Part shown: one piece after another, positions 10,388 through 20,152 of the stretch
Layout of the letters: each line of letters opens with the position of its first letter
How positions within the stretch are numbered: the stretch's first letter is position 1
From: Nitrospirales bacterium
Lineage (GTDB): Bacteria; Nitrospirota; Nitrospiria; Nitrospirales; UBA8639
Assembly (NCBI GenBank): GCA_965223295.1
Contig: CBDCWC010000003.1
Coordinates: forward strand, 928,001-992,000
DNA length: 64,000 nt
Direction: 5' to 3'
Position numbers and translations under genes: made by a program
The notes under the pieces: model-generated
Told to the model about the DNA's origin: nothing
What the model saw: only the letters and a program-made list of their open reading frames with translations
The model's database searches: none

Positions 10388-11089
10388 TCACCACCATTCC
10401 GTAAATTTTGATCGCGGCCAAGGCTTGTCCATCCAAGACGTATCAGGTAACGGCAACAGGTAAGCTTGTTCAACCGTCAACCATCCGTTGGGCAGATCAA
10501 AATGAGAAACTGATCCGCGTCCGGTTATCCAACTAATTTTTTTGGCTTGTTCGCTTGCCAGGGCCACATCTAATGTCAATCGGCAATCCTGCGCCACATA
10601 ATCTAGTACAGTTTGATATTTCCCCTCTTTCCATAACTTCGGCGCAACGGATCCATCGACATTTTCGGGCTTACTTATGCCGATGGCTTTCGCGGCAGCA
10701 TTGAGTTTAATGGGGAACCCTTTCCCGCAAAAAAAATGATACATCATATCCACATGAGTCATTGCCAAGTCACGGCACTCATTCCTTCTCCCTGATTCTT
10801 CCGCCACAATCACGAAATCGAATCCGAGGCCATTATGAGTGATGATGGTATAGCCCTCTTGTACTTTGGTATTGAGATGCTCGACGAAAGCCGCAACATC
10901 TGCTTTAGTCATTTGTGGCGCAGGATTCCCATCTTGGTCTTTAGAGTAAAACGTTCTGGCCGAAGGTTCATCGCTGCACCATGTGGCCATACAGGTAATC
11001 CCCAGCGGGCGATGATCATGCAAGTCACCAAAATTTTCTGGCAAAATTTTGGCCGTTTCGATATCAAACGCCAAATATTTTCGGAACAT
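10388..11089 (-). CDS. Ribonuclease H-like (DnaQ-type exonuclease fold) protein
   Basis: AFDIET, THNGLGFD, YVAQD motifs resembling DEDDy ExoI-III. Confidence 0.8.
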   Translation of the reverse strand: MFRKYLAFDIETAKILPENFGDLHDHRPLGITCMATWCSDEPSARTFYSKDQDGNPAPQMTKADVAAFVEHLNTKVQEGYTIITHNGLGFDFVIVAEESGRRNECRDLAMTHVDMMYHFFCGKGFPIKLNAAAKAIGISKPENVDGSVAPKLWKEGKYQTVLDYVAQDCRLTLDVALASEQAKKISWITGRGSVSHFDLPNGWLTVEQAYLLPLPDTSWMDKPWPRSKFTEWW

Positions 11090-11295
11090 GCCTTATAAAC
11101 CTTCCTCCCAATTAAATGACCGGGAAGATTTCTTAGGATAATTTAGGAGCAGTGTCTTCCAGACGCAGCCACTATTTAGCTTTATCACAACTATATGCCT
11201 CACATGAGTAGAAATCTTGTCCTGCTACCACTGCGAGAGACAGGTTTTGAGAAATTCTCACCCCTGAAGTGCTCTCCCTCTGTCATTTGTTTTTT

Positions 11296-11919
11296 CTACG
11301 ACAAGACCTTATTCGATCTCTTACACGTTCCTGAAACCTCAATGGAGCTGATAATTTGGTTCATATGCTCCCAGTGTTTTTCATAGTTTTCTTTGTTATT
11401 GCCCGTAAATGAAAAATTCCAGGTGTCCCGACCACAGAGAATCGTAAAATTGCTCCCGTACCCCTGCGCTCCCTTATCAATATCCTTAAACTCAATGGTT
11501 GGGTGTCCGTTTCGTTTCTTCTCTTGTATCTTTCCATAGGATTTAATTACACCCCGCCTTTTTGCGTCGGCAAAAAAGTATTCTTTTTCCTGAACTAAAT
11601 AGTTGGGCGTTGGTTCTGCAACAAAACGTTCTTTCGATATCAGCACTCGAAATGCAGGGAGATCCAACAACACATCAAGAGCGATGACCGATGATTGAGA
11701 ATTCCCCATACCTTTTATTTGGGCATTGAGCATACTTCGAATTTTTTCGGCACTCGAAGGACTCATAATTTTCAATTCTGATGAGTATTGGAAAGACAAC
11801 CCGCTGCTTTCATGTTTCCGAAACCCAGTTTCGCCTAAACCGGTCTTTACGGTCGGAAATGCAAAATCCATACAGACAGCAACAAACCACACCATCACAA
11901 TCAACCGACTCATTTTCAT
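11296..11919 (-). CDS. Hypothetical exported protein
   Basis: 207 aa ORF with hydrophobic N-terminal signal-like segment. Confidence 0.65.
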   Translation of the reverse strand: MKMSRLIVMVWFVAVCMDFAFPTVKTGLGETGFRKHESSGLSFQYSSELKIMSPSSAEKIRSMLNAQIKGMGNSQSSVIALDVLLDLPAFRVLISKERFVAEPTPNYLVQEKEYFFADAKRRGVIKSYGKIQEKKRNGHPTIEFKDIDKGAQGYGSNFTILCGRDTWNFSFTGNNKENYEKHWEHMNQIISSIEVSGTCKRSNKVLS

Positions 11920-12063
11920 CTTTCCTTATCTCCTAAAATTACACCATGCATATACTACTCAAAACAGCTTGAAAGGAACGAGGCAATCTACAAGAAAAAA
12001 ATCTCTCGATTCTTAGGCACACGTGAACGACTCTTCTTTCTTTGCATGCAAAAAACTACATAT

Positions 12064-12633
12064 TTACTTTTGGCCATATTTTTCGAAATAAGTACATCCC
12101 GGATCAAATCCCTTTTCGCATGCTTGCTGAAAATACGATTGCGCACGCCCTTCATCTTTAGGCACCCCATAACCATTGCCATACATGGCCCCCAGATTCA
12201 CACACGCGCCACCATACCCTCCATCACATCCCTTTTGAAAGAACTTTATCGAAGTTAAAGAATCTTGTTTCACACCATCGCCAATCGCATACATAGTGCC
12301 CAGATTACTACATCCAACATTACTCTCTAACGCACAGGCTTTCTCGTAAAACCGTACAGCTTTCACTAGATTTTTGGACACTTCTTTACCCTCATGGTAC
12401 ATAATACCCATCTCGTTGCACTTGGCAGCCTCTCCCTTTTCACATTTTTTCTGTACATGCTGCACTTTTGGTGGAAGATTTAAGCCATGAGTATTTTCCT
12501 CATGTTCTGGGCTTTTCGCTATGGATACCTCAAGGAAAATGGCCAATGAAATATGAGATGTAAAAATGATGCTAAGAAGAGCCCTCCATAATTCTCGTTT
12601 CATCAATTTTGTCCTCCACATGACATGAATCAT
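12064..12633 (-). CDS. Sel1-like repeat (HcpA-type cysteine-rich) exported protein
   Basis: Repeats of C-x-N-L-G-x-M-Y...G-V-x-x-D...KAC. Confidence 0.85.
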   Translation of the reverse strand: MIHVMWRTKLMKRELWRALLSIIFTSHISLAIFLEVSIAKSPEHEENTHGLNLPPKVQHVQKKCEKGEAAKCNEMGIMYHEGKEVSKNLVKAVRFYEKACALESNVGCSNLGTMYAIGDGVKQDSLTSIKFFQKGCDGGYGGACVNLGAMYGNGYGVPKDEGRAQSYFQQACEKGFDPGCTYFEKYGQK

Positions 12634-12963
12634 TCCTTTGCGCGTCCCAACCGTATAGACACGGGCATGGTTTCAATTGTGCTGAATTGAACAACTTCGG
12701 AAATCAGAAAAATGTTACCCCATTATCAATATAAACAGTCAATGAGCTTCAAATCACAGGTGAAATGGAGGGCTACCAACCCAACATCATGACAAAACCG
12801 GACTCCTGACGATTTTCACACAACCAAAATTGTTTTAGTTTTTCTGGAAAAGATAGCTGAAGGAAATCTTGCTGTTCTTTGAGCCAGGTATCGGAAAAAA
12901 TTTCCGCTCAAAGGACAAGGAAACGGGCACACATAAGAGAGTGCCCAGGAAAGACGGAATTAA

Positions 12964-13833
12964 TCAACTCAAGACTGTCTGTACCGCCACGCCGATTTCG
13001 GCAGGGTTTTTTACGACAGTGACGCCTGCATCTTCCAGCGCGGCCATCTTATCGGCAGCCGTTCCTTTGCCACCGGTGATAATAGCTCCGGCGTGGCCCA
13101 TGCGACGGCCGGGAGGTGCGGTGATTCCTGCAATAAAGCTCACAACAGGCTTCGACATTTCTTGTTGGATGAATGCTGCCGCTTTTTCCTCAGCATCTCC
13201 ACCAATTTCTCCGATCATCACTACAGCTTCGGTTTCGTCATCTTCCTCAAACATGTGTAATAGATCAATATAGCCAGTGCCAATGATAGGATCGCCACCT
13301 ATTCCCACACAAGTGGTTTCACCAAGTCCTAAGTTCGTGAGCTGATTGACCGCTTCATAGGTCAACGTTCCGCTGCGTGAGATAACGCCCACGCGACCCT
13401 TTTTATGAATAAAGCCTGGCATGATGCCAATCTTGCATTCGTCTGCTGTGATAATCCCAGGGCAATTGGGACCAATAAGACGAGTGGCTCGCCCATGGAG
13501 AGCACGTTTCACCTTTACCATATCATTGACCGGAATACCTTCCGAGATACAGATGATGAGCCACACTCCAGCTTCAGCCGCTTCCAAAATCGCGTCGGCT
13601 GCAAATGGGGGAGGGACAAAGATCAACGACGTAGTCGCCTCCGTTTGCTTGACCGCATCACGCACTGAGTTAAAAACAGGGATCCCTTCGACTTCCTGCC
13701 CAGCCTTTCCGGGTGTCACTCCCGCGACAACCTGAGTACCATAGGCTTTACACTGCGTCGCATGAAACGATCCTTCTTTGCCCGTAATCCCCTGCACAAC
13801 CACTCGTGTATTTTTATTGACCAGAATACTCAT
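12964..13833 (-). CDS. sucD: Succinyl-CoA synthetase alpha subunit
   Basis: VVQGITG, IGPNCPG, RMGHAGA phospho-His motif. Confidence 0.97.
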   Translation of the reverse strand: MSILVNKNTRVVVQGITGKEGSFHATQCKAYGTQVVAGVTPGKAGQEVEGIPVFNSVRDAVKQTEATTSLIFVPPPFAADAILEAAEAGVWLIICISEGIPVNDMVKVKRALHGRATRLIGPNCPGIITADECKIGIMPGFIHKKGRVGVISRSGTLTYEAVNQLTNLGLGETTCVGIGGDPIIGTGYIDLLHMFEEDDETEAVVMIGEIGGDAEEKAAAFIQQEMSKPVVSFIAGITAPPGRRMGHAGAIITGGKGTAADKMAALEDAGVTVVKNPAEIGVAVQTVLS

Positions 13834-13885
13834 ACGACGTCACCTTTCACCGATCAGAGATATAATTCCAATAAGAATAGAGATG

Positions 13886-15064
13886 TTATTTTTTCTTTTT
13901 TCGCAGCGCCACAATGCGTTGGGCGGCTTCCCACAGGTCAGCCACACCTTCAACTTTTAAGCCTGACTCAGCCAGCAGTTTTCGCCCCTCTTCGGCATTG
14001 GTCCCTTGAAGCCGAACCACCACGGGCAACTTGATGCCCACTTCCTTAGCCGCTTCGATCACACCATGAGCAATACGCTCACAACGCACGATCCCACCAA
14101 AAATATTAATGAAAATGCCTTTGACTTTTTTATCTTTCAGGAGGATACGAAATCCAGCCGCGACCGTTTCTTTAGTGGCGCCTCCACCAACATCCAGAAA
14201 GTTGGCTGGCTCTGAGCCAGCAAGCTTAATGACATCCATCGTCGCCATGGCTAACCCCGCACCATTGACCATACAACCAATGTCGCCATCCAATTTGACG
14301 TAATTCAGATTATGTTTGCCAGCCTCGATTTCCATGGGCTCTTCTTCATGGAGATCTCTGAATTTTTGCACATCTGGATGTTTATAGAGCGCATTATCAT
14401 CAAACGAAACTTTTCCATCCAACGCAATCAAACGCTTGTCGGTGGTAATCACCAAGGGGTTAATTTCGACCAACGCCGCATTTTTCTCCATGAACAAACG
14501 ATACAAATTATCCAACATTTGAAAGAAGGGCTTGACGACGGATGGCTCTAAATCGGGCAGACCCAACCCAAAGGCAAGGTTGCGCCCATTATAACTCTGA
14601 AACCCAATGGCTGGATCGATGGATTCTTTGAGAACTTTTTCTGGGGTCTGTTCGGCAACTTCTTCAATATCCATGCCGCCTTCTGTACTAGCAATAAACG
14701 TCGGGAATCCAGAATCCCGGTCAACCAACAAGCTAAGATATAGTTCTTTATCAATGCCGGCACCCTCTTCTATCAACAATCGTCTAACTTTTCGCCCTTT
14801 CGGACCAGTCTGATGGGTGACCAACGTCTTTCCAATAAGCTCGGTCACCAGCCCTGGAACCTCATCCCGATTTTTCGTGATCTTGACTCCACCGGCCTTT
14901 CCTCGTCCTCCAGCATGAATTTGTGCCTTCACAACATAGACAGGTGTCTCAAGTGCTGCCGCCCATTTTTCAGCAGCACGGACATTTTTTATCTCTTTAC
15001 CTTTGGGTACCGGAATGCCAAACTGCGCAAATACTTGCTTTGCCTGAAACTCATGAATATTCAT
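13886..15064 (-). CDS. sucC: Succinyl-CoA synthetase beta subunit
   Basis: [43 protein letters not shown]. Confidence 0.97.
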   Translation of the reverse strand: MNIHEFQAKQVFAQFGIPVPKGKEIKNVRAAEKWAAALETPVYVVKAQIHAGGRGKAGGVKITKNRDEVPGLVTELIGKTLVTHQTGPKGRKVRRLLIEEGAGIDKELYLSLLVDRDSGFPTFIASTEGGMDIEEVAEQTPEKVLKESIDPAIGFQSYNGRNLAFGLGLPDLEPSVVKPFFQMLDNLYRLFMEKNAALVEINPLVITTDKRLIALDGKVSFDDNALYKHPDVQKFRDLHEEEPMEIEAGKHNLNYVKLDGDIGCMVNGAGLAMATMDVIKLAGSEPANFLDVGGGATKETVAAGFRILLKDKKVKGIFINIFGGIVRCERIAHGVIEAAKEVGIKLPVVVRLQGTNAEEGRKLLAESGLKVEGVADLWEAAQRIVALRKKKK

Positions 15065-15108
15065 AATCGTCCTTTGTGTTTTTGGGAGTGTTGCAAGGCT
15101 TCGAGTTT

Positions 15109-15141
15109 CTACCTCCCTTTGTCCCTCCTTACAAAGGAGGG
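15109..15141. repeat. REP-like family C hairpin
   Basis: CTACCTCCCTTTGTCCCTCCTTACAAAGGAGGG between the frdA-like gene and sucC. Confidence 0.7.
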
Positions 15142-15152
15142 AAATATTATCT

Positions 15153-16733
15153 CTAAACTTGCCGCGTGTAGGCAGGCAACACCATCGGCGAGGTCAATCC
15201 ATTAGACGCATGATGACGTTTGGCTTCTGCCCGAAATTCCTTCACATGATCAAGAGTCAACGTACCTTGCGAAATTGACTTCGCTCGCTCAGCAGCCGTC
15301 TGACCAGCACGCTTACCATACACCATCAAATCCAAGAGGGAATTCCCCATCAGACGATTACGTCCATGCAGCCCACCGGATGCCTCACCAGCAACAAACA
15401 AATTGGGGGCTGGTGTTTCGCCTTTCACATCTATTTTGACCCCACCATTTTGATAGTGCAGTGTGGGATAAATTAAGACTGGATCTTTACGAATATCCAC
15501 CTGATACCGCTCATACTGCCGAACCATGGCAGGAAAATGCTTATCCAAGGTGCCGGGGCCATGTGCCACATCAAGCAAGGGCGTATCTAACCACACACCC
15601 ACACGTCCGGCCGCCGTTCGGACACCACGGCCTTCTTCACATTCTTTGATGATAGAGGATGAGACAACATCACGAGTATCCAACTCATTCACGAAACGAT
15701 CGCCTTGAGCATTCACCAAGTGCCCACCTTCGGAACGTATACCTTCCGTCACCAATGCGCCAACTAATTGCTCGGGATACACACCCCCTGATGGATGATA
15801 TTGAAACGTATCAATCTGCATCAGCGGCACTCCCATCCGATAAGCTAAGACCAAGGCATCTCCGGTGGCCCCATAATGGTTGCTCGTTGGAAATCCTTGA
15901 ATATGTAATCGCCCAATTCCACCCGTCGCAAGAATGACGGTTTTGGCCGCAACAACCACATACCGTTTATTATCTAAATCTTGTAAAACAGCTCCCGTAC
16001 AGGTACCCTTGCCATCACTCAACAGTTCTACCACTGCACCAAACTCTAAGAGCGGAATTTTCTGATTGATGACTTCGTCTTTTAGTACCCGCATGATTTC
16101 AAGTCCGGTATAATCCGAACAGGTCAACAAACGAGCCTTTGAACTACCGCCACCTTTTTTCACATGCAAATTGCCATCGGCTTGGCGGTCAAATAACACA
16201 CCTAACTCCAACAACCATTGTCCAATAGAAGGCCCTTCTTCAACCATCACCTTTAACAGGTCATGGTCGTTTTTCATATGACCACCTTTTAAGGTATCCA
16301 GAAAATGCTGAACGGGCGAATCATCTGGCGCAACCGCGATTTGCATGCCACCCTGGGCCATCACGGAATTGGAATCGCCTAACCGCAACTTTGTGGCCAA
16401 CAAGACATTTGAACCTGCAGCATGTGCATGGAGCGCTGCAGCACAACCTGCACCCCCGCCACCTACCACCAGCACATCTACTGAATATTTAGGTGTCAAA
16501 TCAAAATCGCTAGGAATAGGACTATCTCCTTCGAGAAGAGTCGCGACTTCCGTAACGGTTGACTGGCCAGCATTGGGACCAAATTTTATTGGCCGGTAGG
16601 CATGAGCCCGGTGATCAGGATGATATTTCTTGATGAGGGCATCTCGTTCAGATGGAGAGAGCTTCGGAAAGTCTATCGCGCGACGCGCCTCACGTGTCTG
16701 ATGAACGAGATCTTGTTGCGCGGTGATATCCAT
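15153..16733 (-). CDS. FAD-dependent fumarate reductase/succinate dehydrogenase flavoprotein-like subunit
   Basis: GGGGAG FAD motif, SNSVMAQGG, FQYHP, HYQNGG, HGRNRLMGNSL; lies within the rTCA operon. Confidence 0.85.
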   Translation of the reverse strand: MDITAQQDLVHQTREARRAIDFPKLSPSERDALIKKYHPDHRAHAYRPIKFGPNAGQSTVTEVATLLEGDSPIPSDFDLTPKYSVDVLVVGGGGAGCAAALHAHAAGSNVLLATKLRLGDSNSVMAQGGMQIAVAPDDSPVQHFLDTLKGGHMKNDHDLLKVMVEEGPSIGQWLLELGVLFDRQADGNLHVKKGGGSSKARLLTCSDYTGLEIMRVLKDEVINQKIPLLEFGAVVELLSDGKGTCTGAVLQDLDNKRYVVVAAKTVILATGGIGRLHIQGFPTSNHYGATGDALVLAYRMGVPLMQIDTFQYHPSGGVYPEQLVGALVTEGIRSEGGHLVNAQGDRFVNELDTRDVVSSSIIKECEEGRGVRTAAGRVGVWLDTPLLDVAHGPGTLDKHFPAMVRQYERYQVDIRKDPVLIYPTLHYQNGGVKIDVKGETPAPNLFVAGEASGGLHGRNRLMGNSLLDLMVYGKRAGQTAAERAKSISQGTLTLDHVKEFRAEAKRHHASNGLTSPMVLPAYTRQV

Positions 16734-16804
16734 TGGGCGAGATGGTAAACTTTTTACAATAACGTCTTGCGATACTCTTGATGACTCTCGTTATCCTGGG
16801 CTTT

Positions 16805-16860
16805 CTATCCCACCAAATTACTTGTCTCCTCTTCGGAGCCAAGCCCCTTACAAAGGGGAG
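16805..16860. repeat. REP-like family C long variant
   Basis: CTATCCCACCAAATTACTTGTCTCCTCTTCGGAGCCAAGCCCCTTACAAAGG; near-perfect inverted copy at 17671-17729. Confidence 0.7.
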
Positions 16861-16868
16861 GAGAGGAA

Positions 16869-17591
16869 TTAGGAATTGGTAGAAGCTGTAGTGTTTTGCA
16901 ATTCTTCATCTGAGAGTTGCAGAATCCGATCCCATTCTTCCTGATACTCCCCATCAGCGATTTTTTTGATCCGAGTCGCCAGGCCTTCGGGTTTCTCTGT
17001 AAAATGCACACCCTGAGCACGGCTAGCATAGACGGCTACAAGATTGGGAGCGATATCGGCAATACAGACCGGTGTGCACATCCCACACATCACACAATCC
17101 ATGAACATTTCTGAGACAGCTTTAAAATCCCCAAACACCGCTTTCCAAACACCTTCCCGCACATCTATTTTCTGAGGGCAGGCCTCTGTGCAGGCGTTAC
17201 AATTTCGACACAATGGAGCCTCAGGATACAGTTCGAACAAATCCTGTTTTGGATCTTTCAGTTCTTGCAAGTCATAGGTTGCCTTTCGTGCGGGAAAAGC
17301 TGGCATGAATGAAAACGACATGCCTTCTTCAACTGCCATTGAACAGGCTAAACAGGTTTTGACTTTAGGGTCATCTTTTGTTCGGTAATAGGTGGCACAA
17401 GCACCACAAAAGCCACCCAAACACCCTGCCCCTCGCAGCACTTCTTTTCCGGCATACCACATGGCTTTCATCAATGTGATGCCAGCCGGAACTTGAAAAG
17501 GCTTGCCTTCTATTTCAACTTTGACCATTTCCGGTTGAATTTCGCTGGCTTGCTCAGTGAATTGTTGAGGCTTATGAGAGTCATTCGCCAT
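16869..17591 (-). CDS. Iron-sulfur subunit (2Fe-2S plus two 4Fe-4S motifs), putative fumarate reductase B-like
   Basis: CLGGFCGAC...CLAC, CRNCNACTEACP, CVMCGMCTPVC; adjacent to the flavoprotein gene. Confidence 0.85.
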   Translation of the reverse strand: MANDSHKPQQFTEQASEIQPEMVKVEIEGKPFQVPAGITLMKAMWYAGKEVLRGAGCLGGFCGACATYYRTKDDPKVKTCLACSMAVEEGMSFSFMPAFPARKATYDLQELKDPKQDLFELYPEAPLCRNCNACTEACPQKIDVREGVWKAVFGDFKAVSEMFMDCVMCGMCTPVCIADIAPNLVAVYASRAQGVHFTEKPEGLATRIKKIADGEYQEEWDRILQLSDEELQNTTASTNS

Positions 17592-17670
17592 AGTATGATT
17601 ACTTTAACAAAGTTTTTTGGATCGTTGCTTAGACAATGGAGCTATTTCCCGACGTTCGTAGTCCTTAGTT

Positions 17671-17818
17671 TCCTCACCTTTGTAAGGGGCTTGGCTCCGA
17701 AGAGGAGACAAGTAATTTGGTGGAGTAGAGTCATACAAATAAGCACAACGAGGCTAAGGAAGCGCTATGCGCCAAACTTACGCTTCTACCTCCCCTTGCC
17801 CCTCCTTACAAAGGAGGG
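17671..17818. repeat. REP-like family C inverted doublet
   Basis: Long-variant arm 17671-17729 in reverse orientation and short arm 17785-17818. Confidence 0.7.
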
Positions 17819-17837
17819 AGCTCAGGTATATTCACGC

Positions 17838-20084
17838 TTAATTTAACGCGTTGAGCGCAGAGCCGGCTCTGAACCAGGCTATTTGGGCTTCGGTCATACT
17901 ATGATTCGCTTGAATTGTGACGTCTTGCCCATCTTTCTTATGAATTATCACCGACACGGGTTTTCCTGGAGCTAAATCCTTTAGACTTGTGACACTCACC
18001 TGATCTTCTTGCTCGATCTGATCGTAGTCTGCCGGATTCGCAAAGGTCATAGGAAGGATGCCCTGCTTCTTCAAATTCGTTTCATGGATCCGGGCAAAGC
18101 TTTTGGTAAGCACAGCCAGGACGCCAAGAAAACGAGGACTCATCGCGGCATGCTCTCGACTACTCCCTTCCCCGTAATTTTCATCCCCGACGACAAAAGA
18201 TCCAATGCCGTTAGCTTTATAATCACGCGCAATCGCTGCGGGCGCCAAGTTCTTTTCTCCGGTGCGCACATTATTGGCTTTTCCCGCTTCACCTGTGAAT
18301 GCATTATTCGCGCCCAAGAACATATTGTCGCTAATCTTGTCGAGATGCCCACGGAACTTGAGCCATGGACCTGCAGGAGAAATATGATCTGTGGTCGTCT
18401 TGCCTTTCGTTTTCAGCAAAATGGTGAGCTTCTCGAAATCATTCCCATTCCATCGTGGAAATGGTTGCAGTAACTGCAGCCGCTCACTGGTCGGAGGAAG
18501 ATCAACTTCCAAACCTTCACCATTTTCTGCCGGCGCCACAAATCCTTCTTCACCTTTGGCAAATCCTTTGCTGGGCAATTCGTCCCCTTGAGGCGCTTCT
18601 AATTTAATTTCTTTGCCGTCAGCCGTCTTGATCGTATCATTCACAGGATCAAAACCTAAGTCACCAGTCAAAGCATAGGCGGTCACCACTTCAGGGCTAG
18701 CAAGAAACGATAACGTGTCAGGGATGCCATCATTCCGTCCAGGGAAATTTCGGTTAAAGGTACTCACAATTGAATCAGCTTTGCCTTTGACCCCATCCGC
18801 CCGCTTCCATTGTCCAATACATGGTCCACAGGCATTCGCCAACACGGTCGCACCCATCTGCTCAAAGGTTTCCATGAACCCATCACGTTTCATAGTATGA
18901 AAAATACGTTCTGAGCCAGGCGAAACTAAGAACGCCGTCTTCGCTTTGAGTCCAGCCTTTAATCCTTGTTTGGCAATATGCGCCGAACGTCCAATATCTT
19001 CATAGGAAGAATTCGTGCAGCTTCCTAACAAGGTGGCTTTGAGTTCGACAGGATAACCTTTCTCTTTGGCTTCTGCCCGCAATTTCGAAATTGGGCGGGC
19101 AAGGTCTGGGGAATGCGGCCCTACGACATGTGGTTCCAGAGTCGAGAGATCAATCTCGACGATCTCATCATAATATTTTTCTGGTGATTGGTAGACTTCT
19201 GGGTCAGCCACTAATAGATCTTTATTGGCTTCTGCTAATTTCGCGATGTCCTCTCTCTCGGTGATATTCAAATACTCCACCATCTTTTGATCGAAAGGAA
19301 AGACGGAAGTCGTGGCACCCAATTCAGCACCCATATTTGTAATCGTGCCCTTCCCTGTAGCACTGATGGTTTCTGCGCCAGGACCAAAATATTCTACAAT
19401 CTTATTGGTCCCGCCTTTGACGGTCAGTTTTCCGCAAATATAGAGAATCACATCCTTGGGAGAAGCCCACCCATTGAGTTTTCCCGTAAGTTTCACACCG
19501 ATCAATTTGGGATGCAGCACTTCCCACGGCAAACCGGCCATCACTTCACCTGCATCGGCTCCACCGACACCAATCGCGAGCATGCCTAATCCGCCGCCAT
19601 TGGGTGTATGAGAATCAGTTCCGATAATGAGTCCGCCTGGGAACGCATAGTTTTCAAGCACCACTTGGTGAATAATCCCTGCTCCTGGCTTCCAAAATCC
19701 AATGCCATACTTCTTCGCTGCAGATTCCAAGAAATTGTAGACTTCGCGGTTTTCGTTATTGGCAACCATGAGATCTTTTTCGGAGCCCATTTCAGCCCGA
19801 ATGAGATGATCACAATGAATCGTGCTTGGGACGGCTGCTTTCTTCTTCCCAGCTTGAATAAACTGCAACATGGCCATCTGGGCAGTGGCATCTTGCATGG
19901 CCACTCGGTCAGGGCGAAGCGCCAACATAGCTTTTCCACGTTCCCAGGTTTGGGTATCAAAATTATCCGCATGGCTGACCAGAATTTTTTCCGCCAAGGT
20001 TAAAGGCCGCCCGAATTTTTTTCGGGCTTTTTCCACCGTTGGCCCCATTGAAGCATAGAGTTTTTTGACCATATCTACTGACAT
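17838..20084 (-). CDS. acnA: Aconitate hydratase (mitochondrial-like AcnA type)
   Basis: QDATAQMA, HCDH, GTDSHT, GSCTNSS, ACGPCIGQW, TTDHIS, GSSREHA. Confidence 0.95.
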   Translation of the reverse strand: MSVDMVKKLYASMGPTVEKARKKFGRPLTLAEKILVSHADNFDTQTWERGKAMLALRPDRVAMQDATAQMAMLQFIQAGKKKAAVPSTIHCDHLIRAEMGSEKDLMVANNENREVYNFLESAAKKYGIGFWKPGAGIIHQVVLENYAFPGGLIIGTDSHTPNGGGLGMLAIGVGGADAGEVMAGLPWEVLHPKLIGVKLTGKLNGWASPKDVILYICGKLTVKGGTNKIVEYFGPGAETISATGKGTITNMGAELGATTSVFPFDQKMVEYLNITEREDIAKLAEANKDLLVADPEVYQSPEKYYDEIVEIDLSTLEPHVVGPHSPDLARPISKLRAEAKEKGYPVELKATLLGSCTNSSYEDIGRSAHIAKQGLKAGLKAKTAFLVSPGSERIFHTMKRDGFMETFEQMGATVLANACGPCIGQWKRADGVKGKADSIVSTFNRNFPGRNDGIPDTLSFLASPEVVTAYALTGDLGFDPVNDTIKTADGKEIKLEAPQGDELPSKGFAKGEEGFVAPAENGEGLEVDLPPTSERLQLLQPFPRWNGNDFEKLTILLKTKGKTTTDHISPAGPWLKFRGHLDKISDNMFLGANNAFTGEAGKANNVRTGEKNLAPAAIARDYKANGIGSFVVGDENYGEGSSREHAAMSPRFLGVLAVLTKSFARIHETNLKKQGILPMTFANPADYDQIEQEDQVSVTSLKDLAPGKPVSVIIHKKDGQDVTIQANHSMTEAQIAWFRAGSALNALN

Positions 20085-20152
20085 AAGCGTTCTCCCGATT
20101 TGAGTTCAATGTTCAAGCCGAGGAATAAACACCATCGGCTTTACTGTCTCTC

